Below, piece after piece: positions 51,576 to 59,713 of a DNA stretch of 64,000 bases (the stretch's first letter is position 1; every line of letters begins with the position of its first letter). The stretch is taken from positions 16,364 through 80,363 of the IMG/VR virus record IMGVR_UViG_3300025668_000798, one strand, 5' to 3'. This DNA comes from a virus. Under the pieces are notes generated by a model that saw nothing but the letters and a program-made list of their open reading frames with translations, was not told where the DNA came from and ran no database searches. The position numbers and the translations under genes were made by a program.

Positions 51576-52001
51576 ATGCATTGGAAATACAAAGGAAAAA
51601 AAGTTGAATCGATACCAGATGAATACGAAGGCTTTGTATATCTAATAACAAACATTAAGACAAAACAAAAATACGTAGGCAAAAAGTTAGCAAAATTTAA
51701 AACAACTAAGCCACCATTAAAAGGCAGAAAAAACAAACGTCGAGGCTACAAAGAAAGCGATTGGCGTGAATACTGGGGAAGTTCAGACAGACTGAACGAA
51801 GATGTAAAAAACTTAGGCGAAAAAAATTTTACTCGTGAAATACTTTACTTCTGCAAAAGCAGAGCAGAAATGAGTTACATTGAAGCACGAGAACAATTTG
51901 ATAGGCGAGTATTAGAAACAGACGAATACTACAACGGTATCATCAATGTTAGAGTTGGTGGATCAAACAAACTACGCCAGGCACTACTAGAACACAAATA
52001 G
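51576..52001 (+). CDS. GIY-YIG endonuclease, T4 EndoII/DenA-like stand-alone type
   Basis: GFVYLITN...KYVGKK, SDWREYWGSS, FTREIL, SYIEAREQ and YYNG. Confidence 0.8.
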   Translation: MHWKYKGKKVESIPDEYEGFVYLITNIKTKQKYVGKKLAKFKTTKPPLKGRKNKRRGYKESDWREYWGSSDRLNEDVKNLGEKNFTREILYFCKSRAEMSYIEAREQFDRRVLETDEYYNGIINVRVGGSNKLRQALLEHK

Positions 52002-52029
52002 GCTATATATTGAGCTCTAAATAAAATCC

Positions 52030-52325
52030 AAGATCCAGCCGAGGTAATGCTCGTCGCCGGTGGTGTGGAATGCTCACGTGAAGGAACATACGATAGGTTT
52101 TAAAGGATAGTGGCTCTGAGAAAAAGCAACCACGTGGTAAGTATTTTCGCTTGTTAGGGAATTACTACCTTCCGTTGATATGACAAAGCTAGAGTAGGGG
52201 GATACAGGTCAACCGCCTCCGACAATGTAAATTGAATCTCTTTTAACAAGATGGCTGAAGCGACTCGAATAATGCGCTTACCATGTTTGCCCGGCAACGG
52301 GCAAATTATGACTTCACAATCTGAA
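52030..52325 (+). ncRNA. Candidate ~300-nt structured ncRNA of unknown class
   Basis: ORF-free and about 45% GC (132/290 by hand count). Contains two GNRA-capped hairpins and several long-range pairings, with TAAATA immediately upstream (52018-52023). Boundaries are approximate. Confidence 0.6.
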
Positions 52326-52336
52326 TAATACTAAAA

Positions 52337-52429
52337 GCATATGCATAGCATATGCCTTATTAATATTGTTATCAAGAACTTATAGTTCGTGTTGAGTGTA
52401 ACGAAAACACAGTTGAACTTTGTTCAACT
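52337..52429. repeat. Array of four adjacent inverted repeats
   Basis: GCATATGC-ata-GCATATGC, GAACT-tat-AGTTC, GTGTT-n12-AACAC and AGTTGAAC-ttt-GTTCAACT. Confidence 0.85.
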
Positions 52430-52470
52430 TATAATAACTAAATACATTATAATACTTGGAACAGTTCTAA

Positions 52471-53715
52471 ATGAAATTAAGTGATGTAACAAATAAAAGC
52501 AATTATATCTTAAAGGAATCACCTAGCGTTAGTATTCCTACAACTATAAGACAGATGGCTAATGGCTATATGTTTATAGCAGGCAATGATGTATTTAGAT
52601 TTACTGTAGGCCAAGGTGGTATTACTACTATGCGAGAAGCACAGAGAATGGCCACTGAATTAAAAGATAAATGGAGTCTTAGAGGACAACGTCCTGGTTT
52701 ACGAACTCAATTTGCAGATAATAAAGTAAATCCACGAATGCTTCCTGGTAATGCTAAACAGAGAGTTAGGCAAATAGGTGCAATCAACAGAGCATCCTTT
52801 CCAAAAACAACTGCCTTAATGAATAGCGGCTTTGGTAAAGTCTTTATGCGTTTGTTAAGAGCGTTCCTTGTAGAAGAACAAATTAGAAATAGTATACTTA
52901 TAACCATGGCAAATATCGAAGGTGAATTTGCTGCTGGTGAAATTACCGAAGCTGAATATGTAGATAAAATACAAGTTGCTTGGGGCATGTATGCTGTACA
53001 ACTTACAGCAATTATGTTGGCTACACTAAGAGCCGGTAAAAGCGGTGCAGCAATTATTAGAGGCATACGAACTATTGTAAGAAGCGGCCAACTTGCAGTA
53101 GGAGCAAGTGGCATTGGTACTGTTCCGGCAATATTAAGTGCTATTGCAACAGAAGCTGGATTTCAACTTGCAATATATTTAATTAGTAACCCTGCTGTAC
53201 AAAAAGCATTAGTTGATTGGATAGTTGCTTGGGGTCAAGAATCCTTGTTTGGTTCAATGCTTCAAGGTGTCGTTGAAGGAGCAGGAACTCTTCTAAACGG
53301 TGCAGCGTCAGCACTGAATAATCTTACCGGAGGGTTAGTTGGCAGCGACGATTTTTTTGCAGCCAGCGGCGCCGCAGAAGCAAGTGGTTTTACAGATCCT
53401 GGTGCAAGAGATATACCAGGTATAAACGGACAAGCATATGCTACATCGCAGTGGGCTAGACTTGTCTTCCAAGACATGATATTTCCTCCTGGAAGCAGTC
53501 TTGAAAGCAAACGAGTTCCTTATTATAACAGACGTCAGCGAGAAATGATGATGGCAGAAGACTTTGGATCACTTACTACTGCACCTGTCGCTGGCGGCAG
53601 AGGCGATGGTAATGCAGAAGTTGAAAGACGTAGACAAGACGGCAATCGAGCACCTAGCACAACAAGTGAACCTGGAATGCCAGTAAATCCAGATGCTACA
53701 CCTGGACCGCAATAA
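52471..53715 (+). CDS. Hypothetical late protein (possible internal head/ejection protein with hydrophobic helices)
   Basis: TAAATA at 52439-52444, N-terminus MKLSDV...ILKE and Ala/Gly-rich hydrophobic segments. Confidence 0.65.
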   Translation: MKLSDVTNKSNYILKESPSVSIPTTIRQMANGYMFIAGNDVFRFTVGQGGITTMREAQRMATELKDKWSLRGQRPGLRTQFADNKVNPRMLPGNAKQRVRQIGAINRASFPKTTALMNSGFGKVFMRLLRAFLVEEQIRNSILITMANIEGEFAAGEITEAEYVDKIQVAWGMYAVQLTAIMLATLRAGKSGAAIIRGIRTIVRSGQLAVGASGIGTVPAILSAIATEAGFQLAIYLISNPAVQKALVDWIVAWGQESLFGSMLQGVVEGAGTLLNGAASALNNLTGGLVGSDDFFAASGAAEASGFTDPGARDIPGINGQAYATSQWARLVFQDMIFPPGSSLESKRVPYYNRRQREMMMAEDFGSLTTAPVAGGRGDGNAEVERRRQDGNRAPSTTSEPGMPVNPDATPGPQ

Positions 53716-53895
53716 TTAAATCCATGCCATTTTAGTATTTTTACTAGTTTCAATATTATCTTTTATAATATTGTTGAAAATCTCCAAGTCGCCTACATCA
53801 GTATCACTAATTAGATCGTGAATATTTGCACTACCTCGCATATACCATCCAACACGATACCAATTGTCTTTGATTTGTTTTATTTCATTTTCCAT
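53716..53895 (-). CDS. gp51-like baseplate hub assembly ORF, possibly expressed as a -1 frameshift extension of gp26
   Basis: EIKQIKDNWYRVGWYMRG...IIKDNIET. The frame is open upstream through the gp26 stop, and ATG 53895 has no clear RBS. Confidence 0.6.
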   Translation of the reverse strand: MENEIKQIKDNWYRVGWYMRGSANIHDLISDTDVGDLEIFNNIIKDNIETSKNTKMAWI

Positions 53896-53936
53896 TTCAT
53901 CGGCTAGCAGATATACTTCTTCGTCAGATAGTCCTA

Positions 53937-54776
53937 CTAGCCTTTCCCGAAAAAATCCGATGTGTCCAGTGTAACTTTCATATCTTCGTCGTGGCTGCAA
54001 GTAATACATTGTACTTTGTGCAAAGGAGGAGACCAATTTTTAAAATTGTTTTCAATAGCGGCTTTTACTTTTGCAATATACTTGGTATCGTTATTATTAA
54101 AAAAGTCAACTACTTCTTGTCTAGATTGTTCAATTTCACCGTCGACTTCGATTCCAACTATTGCATTGTATATTGAATCTAATTGTGCTTGAGCAAGTTG
54201 TACATACAATGGATCCATTGCTTTTGCTTTTGCATCTTCGTCAAATTCTTTATTTGTAATAATTTGATTTAATGATCTTCTTACACCTAATAACTTTTTT
54301 TGTCCGTTTGTAAATTCTCTATAACTTAACGGCCGCAAATGAAAAATAAAATTATCAATTTCAACTTTGTCGTTGAATTTCTTTGTGAGATATGATTCTA
54401 AATATTTTGACAAGGGTATTTCATACTGATTTTCAGATCCACATTCTCCGCAAACTTTTTGCACATTCATAGTATTACCGTAACTTGCAATACGCATTGC
54501 TACCATTACTGTGTCAATATCAATTGTTGGTATGCTCCAAGGATCGGTAATTGTAGGTATACAACTTTTTACTACTGCTACTGTAGCATCGCCATTGATT
54601 AAAGCATCTGGAGTTTTAAACATGATTTCATCGTTGGGTGTCATGCTAAACACCGGAATATCATTGTGTTGATTATCGTATAGAGCACCATTTGGATAAA
54701 ACGTTCCACCACTTGGTAAATCAATTTGTAACTTTGGTTGCCGTCTATATTTTTTTAAAATGCTTTGATTGTTCAT
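53937..54776 (-). CDS. gp26: Baseplate hub assembly chaperone gp26-like
   Basis: IDLPSGG, PVFSMTPNDEIMFKTPDAL, DIDTVMVAMRIASYG, two CxxC motifs and a C-terminal DFF. Confidence 0.8.
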   Translation of the reverse strand: MNNQSILKKYRRQPKLQIDLPSGGTFYPNGALYDNQHNDIPVFSMTPNDEIMFKTPDALINGDATVAVVKSCIPTITDPWSIPTIDIDTVMVAMRIASYGNTMNVQKVCGECGSENQYEIPLSKYLESYLTKKFNDKVEIDNFIFHLRPLSYREFTNGQKKLLGVRRSLNQIITNKEFDEDAKAKAMDPLYVQLAQAQLDSIYNAIVGIEVDGEIEQSRQEVVDFFNNNDTKYIAKVKAAIENNFKNWSPPLHKVQCITCSHDEDMKVTLDTSDFFGKG

Positions 54777-54844
54777 ATTAGTTGTCCTGTCAGGTAAATA
54801 TACTATATGATATTTATTTTATCATTAACTTGGAGTATTTTAAA

Positions 54845-57001
54845 TTGGCTGATACCAGTAACGTCTTGAGTATGTTTACAAATGAAATAAAAGGTGCGGC
54901 ATCTGCCGGTCTAGGTTTAGCCGGTAATTTGTTAAGCGGATCTCAAAATTTAAGTGCATATTCAGACGCCTTACAATCAAACACAAAGATTTTGGGTACA
55001 GCCGGAAAAGCTATAGCCGGTCTTGTACAATTTGCAGAAGGTAGTTTAAAAGAATATCAGCAACTTACTAACATTGGTGCTACTTTTGGTGCAAGCATAG
55101 TTGATATTAAACAAAGTGCAGCTGAAATGGGCATGGAAGTAAAAGACATGACAGAGTTTTTTATGAAAAACCAAAATGCGTTAAGGGTGCTTGGAGGAAC
55201 AACGGAAGATGCTACACAAAGTTTTATTCAAATGAGTAAAGACTTTTTAGATAGCGACTTTGGTACAAATTTACGTATGTTAGGATATGATGTAAAAGAT
55301 ATAAACGAATCTCTTGCTACTTTTGCTGACTTACAATCTGTTGAAGGTATGCGTAGGATGCGTACTGACGGAACTCTTAATCAAAATGCAATGGAATTTG
55401 CAACTACTTTAGACGAATTAAGCAAACTAACAGGCAAGCAACGAGATCAAATTGCAGAGGAAATGAGACAAAGACGTAGAAACGGTCAAGTGCAAGCACT
55501 ACTATCTACTCTTGAAGAAGAACAAGCAATGGCATTGCAAGAAGGATTGCAAACTGCTGGCGAGTTAGGACCTGGATTTGAAACACTAATACAAGATTTA
55601 GTAGCCTTTGGTGCTCCAGTTAGTGATGCAAGTAAAGACATTGCAAAAGCATTACCTAGTGTAATCGATGAATACGAAGCATATGCAGCCGCAATACGCA
55701 ACGGTGCTAGTGCCGAAGAAGCACAAGCATTACTAGATGATGCAATTGGCGCAAGTGTTGAAGGAATGGAGTCTCCTGATTTTGCTAATTTAGCTCTATT
55801 AGGTAACTTTAGTGATGTTGGCGCTAATGCAGCTGACATGTTAGAAAGTAGTTTTGATTTACGTAGAGGTATTACATCAGCAGCAGAAGGCGCAGAAGAT
55901 TTATCTGCTGTAATAGGTAGTTTAAGAGATACTATTGCTGATCAACAGCAGAGTCAAATGGGTGCTGGCGGTATTATTAGACAAACTGTTGACATGCAAG
56001 AAGCATTACGTGAAACTATAATGTATGTTCAGCAAACTGCGCTACCTGCGTTAGTAGGTGCAGCTGAAAGTGCATTAGTTAAAGTTACAGAAGCAATGGG
56101 CGATGATGCTGCATTGCGTAGACAAGTTGAAGAAGCTATTAGTGGTGTGTTAAATCCAGCAGCAGACGCACTTGATCGGATGTCAGAAGCATTTCCTATG
56201 AACACAGCCCAGGCAAACATAGATGCAGAAGAAGTTGTGCTAGGCGACGGTACTGCTGCTGATTTAGCTGATCAACTTGAAATGGATGTTACTAGTGCGT
56301 TAAACGAAAATGATATTTCTACAAACGAAACTGTTACAACAGCAATTGGGGAAGCAAGAACCGAACTTTCAGATGCACAAGCTGAATTGGCTAGATTGCA
56401 CGAACAACAAGCACAATTAACTAGCGAAGGCTTTACTGGGCTAGAAGGCCCTATGCAACAGACACAAGAATTAATTACACAAGCCGAAGCTAGAGTTGCA
56501 TTAGCGGAAGCAAACTTAGCAAATGAAATACAAACGACTGTTGCTGATGCACAACGATATACTTTAGGAGCAATTGAACGTTTTCAACAAGCACAAGCAA
56601 GTGGTCGACGCTATGCTGGAGGCTTTGATAACGGCGGTATGATTTCAGATGATGAATTTGGAATCGTAGGAGAACGTGGTCCAGAGATAGTAAGCGGCAG
56701 AGCCAATGTCACAGGACGAATGAAAACTTTTGATGTAATGAATAAAATATCAGAAAGAATGAAAGCTGTAGCTAATGCACAGGAAAATCAAGTAAATTCG
56801 GTTGACAAAACGTCACAGATAAGTAATAATAATAATGAACTCAATGCCATGATTAAGAACTTAAACGATTCAATTAATAATCTGAATGCAGGTATACATA
56901 ACGTTGCAAGCATCAATCAACAACAATTAGACACAGGGATTAAAAATCTACGTGCAACTAAAGGCTTGCAAGGCAATGTACTGAAAGGGGTCGCTCGATG
57001 A
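54845..57001 (+). CDS. Tape-measure-like protein (gp29 analogue)
   Basis: Long Ala/Leu/Glu helical protein with C-terminal GGFDNGG...GIVGERGPEIV. TTG start at 54845 after GGAG. Adjacent to gp26. Confidence 0.7.
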   Translation: MADTSNVLSMFTNEIKGAASAGLGLAGNLLSGSQNLSAYSDALQSNTKILGTAGKAIAGLVQFAEGSLKEYQQLTNIGATFGASIVDIKQSAAEMGMEVKDMTEFFMKNQNALRVLGGTTEDATQSFIQMSKDFLDSDFGTNLRMLGYDVKDINESLATFADLQSVEGMRRMRTDGTLNQNAMEFATTLDELSKLTGKQRDQIAEEMRQRRRNGQVQALLSTLEEEQAMALQEGLQTAGELGPGFETLIQDLVAFGAPVSDASKDIAKALPSVIDEYEAYAAAIRNGASAEEAQALLDDAIGASVEGMESPDFANLALLGNFSDVGANAADMLESSFDLRRGITSAAEGAEDLSAVIGSLRDTIADQQQSQMGAGGIIRQTVDMQEALRETIMYVQQTALPALVGAAESALVKVTEAMGDDAALRRQVEEAISGVLNPAADALDRMSEAFPMNTAQANIDAEEVVLGDGTAADLADQLEMDVTSALNENDISTNETVTTAIGEARTELSDAQAELARLHEQQAQLTSEGFTGLEGPMQQTQELITQAEARVALAEANLANEIQTTVADAQRYTLGAIERFQQAQASGRRYAGGFDNGGMISDDEFGIVGERGPEIVSGRANVTGRMKTFDVMNKISERMKAVANAQENQVNSVDKTSQISNNNNELNAMIKNLNDSINNLNAGIHNVASINQQQLDTGIKNLRATKGLQGNVLKGVAR

Positions 57002-58752
57002 GTTGGAAAAAACATTTTAAACCAGTCCCAACTGGAAATAACCCAGGTGGAAGTTATAGTCCTTTCAGCTTCAAACAAGGCCAAGGCACAGGTATGGGAC
57101 CAGCAGCGGCAAACTATAGTTCACATTTACCAGATGTGTATGTAGGTTCTCCTAATCGTATTGAACGTTATAATCAATATAACACAATGGATAGTGATAG
57201 TGAAGTAAATGCTGCACTTGATATCCTTGCAGAATTTTGTACACAAAAAACAAATGATAATGATACACACTTTAGTTTAGACTTTAATAAAAAAGCAACA
57301 AACATAGAAATTCAAATATTAGGACAATATTTGAAACAATGGTGTAAGTTAAATAAATTTGAAACACGTATGTTTCGTATTATGCGTAATGTTTTTAAAT
57401 ACGGAGACGGATTTTTTATTAGAGATCCTGAAACACAAAAATGGTTTCATGTAGATCCAAGTCAAGTTACAAAAATTATTGTCAACGAAAGCGATGGCAA
57501 ACGTCCAGAACAATATGCAATAAAGAATTTAAATTTTAGTTTTGATAATTTAGAAGCTACTCCTTTAAACACACAAAACAGTTACGGTCCTGGCGGTACT
57601 AACGGTTATCAGCAAGTTAAACAACAAGGCATGACTGGTAATAATACACCTGCAGGTGGAACAAGTAGATTTGAACAAGGCGAAAAAGAAACTTTTGTAG
57701 ATGCTAATCATGTTGTTCACTTGTCAATGAGTGAAGGCTTGGATCAAAACTTTCCTTTTGGTAACAGTTTATTAGAAAGTATTTTCAAAGTTTACAAACA
57801 AAAAGAATTACTTGAAGATGCAATTATTATCTATCGAGTACAACGTGCTCCTGAAAGAAGAGTATTCTACGTTGATGTGGGCAACATGCCATCACACCTT
57901 GCTATGCAATTTGTAGAACGTGTTAAAACGGAAATACATCAAAGAAGAATCCCATCCAAGACTGGCGGAGGACAAAATGTCATAGACAGTAGTTATAATC
58001 CGCTGTCAATCAACGAAGACTACTTCTTTCCACAAACTGCTGAAGGACGTGGCTCTAAGGTTGAAACACTGCCAGGCGGTACTAACCTAGGAGAAATTGA
58101 TGATCTCAGATATTTTACTAATAAGCTCGTACGCGGCTTACGAATTCCTTCCAGCTATCTACCTACAGGGGCTGATGACGGAGCAAGTCAGTACAACGAC
58201 GGTAGAGTAGGCACTGCATACATTCAAGAGTTACGCTTTAATAAGTATTGCGAACGACTGCAAAGCATGGTTGAGGAAATATTCAATCAAGAATTCAAAT
58301 TATATCTAACTAGTAAAGGTGCAAATGTTGACTTTGCAATGTTTGATGTAAAACTAAATCCACCACAAAACTTTGCAAGTTATCGTCAAGCAGAACTTGA
58401 TAATAATAGAATTGGCACATTCTCACAAATGAGTGCTATACCTTATATTTCTAACAGATTTGCTATGTCACGTTTCTTAGGAATGAGCGAAGAAGAAATT
58501 GCAGAGAATGAACGTTTATGGCGTGAAGAAAACGATGAAAATCTACAACCAACTGATGCAGAAGGCAGTGCAGAAATGCGTTCAGCTGGTGTAACTGGTG
58601 GAGACTTAGGTGGAGACTTAGGTGGATTAGAAACAGGATTAGATGACGACTTAGGCGGCATTGATGGCGGTGAAGATACTCCTCCAGAAACTACAACAGC
58701 TGACGACTTAGGAGGTGCCGATTTAGGCGAGCCTACAGATCAAACAGTTTAA
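56998..58752 (+). CDS. gp20: Portal vertex protein gp20
   Basis: EDAIIIYRVQRAPERRVFYVDVGNMP, EDYFFP..EGRGSKVETLPGG.NLGEIDD and ELRFNKY.ERLQ. Confidence 0.96.
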   Translation: MSWKKHFKPVPTGNNPGGSYSPFSFKQGQGTGMGPAAANYSSHLPDVYVGSPNRIERYNQYNTMDSDSEVNAALDILAEFCTQKTNDNDTHFSLDFNKKATNIEIQILGQYLKQWCKLNKFETRMFRIMRNVFKYGDGFFIRDPETQKWFHVDPSQVTKIIVNESDGKRPEQYAIKNLNFSFDNLEATPLNTQNSYGPGGTNGYQQVKQQGMTGNNTPAGGTSRFEQGEKETFVDANHVVHLSMSEGLDQNFPFGNSLLESIFKVYKQKELLEDAIIIYRVQRAPERRVFYVDVGNMPSHLAMQFVERVKTEIHQRRIPSKTGGGQNVIDSSYNPLSINEDYFFPQTAEGRGSKVETLPGGTNLGEIDDLRYFTNKLVRGLRIPSSYLPTGADDGASQYNDGRVGTAYIQELRFNKYCERLQSMVEEIFNQEFKLYLTSKGANVDFAMFDVKLNPPQNFASYRQAELDNNRIGTFSQMSAIPYISNRFAMSRFLGMSEEEIAENERLWREENDENLQPTDAEGSAEMRSAGVTGGDLGGDLGGLETGLDDDLGGIDGGEDTPPETTTADDLGGADLGEPTDQTV

Positions 58753-58769
58753 TAAAGGTAAATAGTATT

Positions 58770-59015
58770 ATGATATTAAGAGAATTGTTTTATTTTGATG
58801 ACGAAACTTTAGAACCTACTGAAAATGATAGGTACGATGCTTCTGATGATAAAAGCATTATGCAAATGTCTGATACTAGAAAAGCAAAACTTACACTCAA
58901 AAACATCAATAAAGTGCGTAAAGCAAGTGACATGAAACGTTCAGAAGAAGTCGAAGAGTTAAATTTTGTTAAACAAATGTATGGAATAGCAGCACAAGCA
59001 CAAGCTGGAATTTAA
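58770..59015 (+). CDS. Small head-morphogenesis-region protein
   Basis: 81 aa (MILRELF...DTRK.KLTL..INKVRK...QMYG) with TAAATA 5 nt upstream. Confidence 0.7.
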   Translation: MILRELFYFDDETLEPTENDRYDASDDKSIMQMSDTRKAKLTLKNINKVRKASDMKRSEEVEELNFVKQMYGIAAQAQAGI

Positions 59016-59623
59016 TGTCTGATATAGCCTTTGTGCTTGGAAATGGCACAAGTCGAAAACAAATTTCAATACCTACACTAAAAGAACATGGCACTATCTA
59101 TGCCTGTAATGCAGTTTATAGAGAATGTGCAGTAGATCATTTAATTGCAGTTGATACTAAAATGGTTATGGAAATTGCAAGCCACGGTTATTATAAAGAA
59201 CACAAAGTATACACTAATCCTAACAAATATTCACAAACAGTTGAAGGTTTAAATTTACTAAATCCTAATAAAGGATGGAGTAGTGGTCCTACTGCCTTAT
59301 GGTTGGCTAGTACACACAAATATAAAACAATTTACATTTTAGGCTTTGATTACTTAGGTATTGGTAGCGATAATGATAAAGTAAATAACCTGTTTGCAGA
59401 TACAAAAAATTATAAAAGAAGTGACGAACGTGCTACATATTATGGTAATTGGGTACGTCAAACTACTATGACTATAAACACTAATCCTAGGACTAAATAC
59501 ATCCGAGTAACAGAAAATAATAGAGGGTTTGTACCAGATCAATTAAAAGATTTGCAGAACCTATATCATCAATCAATACCTGAATTTGTTCAAAAATTCA
59601 GTTTAAAAGTATTACCTGTGTAA
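59015..59623 (+). CDS. Maf/DUF115-like (sialyltransferase-related) Rossmann-fold protein
   Basis: AFVLGNGTSR, YACNAVY, DHLIAVD and SSGPTALWLA...IYILGFD. Confidence 0.6.
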   Translation: MSDIAFVLGNGTSRKQISIPTLKEHGTIYACNAVYRECAVDHLIAVDTKMVMEIASHGYYKEHKVYTNPNKYSQTVEGLNLLNPNKGWSSGPTALWLASTHKYKTIYILGFDYLGIGSDNDKVNNLFADTKNYKRSDERATYYGNWVRQTTMTINTNPRTKYIRVTENNRGFVPDQLKDLQNLYHQSIPEFVQKFSLKVLPV

Positions 59624-59642
59624 AAACACGCTGTTTTTACAC
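59618..59642. terminator. 11-bp perfect inverted repeat (terminator or operator)
   Basis: GTGTAAAAACA-cgc-TGTTTTTACAC spans the stop at 59623, just upstream of two TAAATA boxes. Confidence 0.5.
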
Positions 59643-59660
59643 CATTTTAAGCGTATATTT

Positions 59661-59677
59661 TAAATAAAGTGTAAATA
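59661..59677 (+). promoter_or_regulatory. Tandem late-promoter boxes (TAAATA) for the head operon
   Basis: TAAATA at 59661-59666 and 59672-59677, then an AAGGAG RBS before 59714. Resembles the T4 late promoter TATAAATA. Confidence 0.65.
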
Positions 59678-59713
59678 TAATAGACAGCCTTGTAACAATT
59701 AAAGGAGAAAAAC

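Noticed and set aside
51576-52001. Mobile homing endonuclease or intron
   Set aside because: It is only a catalytic-domain-sized protein with no NUMOD-type DNA-binding extension, and it does not interrupt a gene.
52030-52325. Group I intron, RNase P RNA, tmRNA, hammerhead or box C/D (TIGR-like) identity for the structured region
   Set aside because: There is no interrupted gene, P7 core, GAGGAAAGUCC or tRNA-like end. CUGAGA lacks the full hammerhead core. CUGA occurs but without box C repeats or a visible Nop-domain gene.
53942-53948. GGGAAAG, the lambda G/T slippery sequence, at the end of gp26
   Set aside because: It is read GGG AAA G rather than G GGA AAG, so it is out of phase. The adjacent T TTT TTC is the in-phase site.
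58597-58626. GGTGGAGACTTA tandem repeat in the portal 3' end
   Set aside because: It encodes GGDL in a disordered acidic tail and is an ordinary low-complexity expansion.
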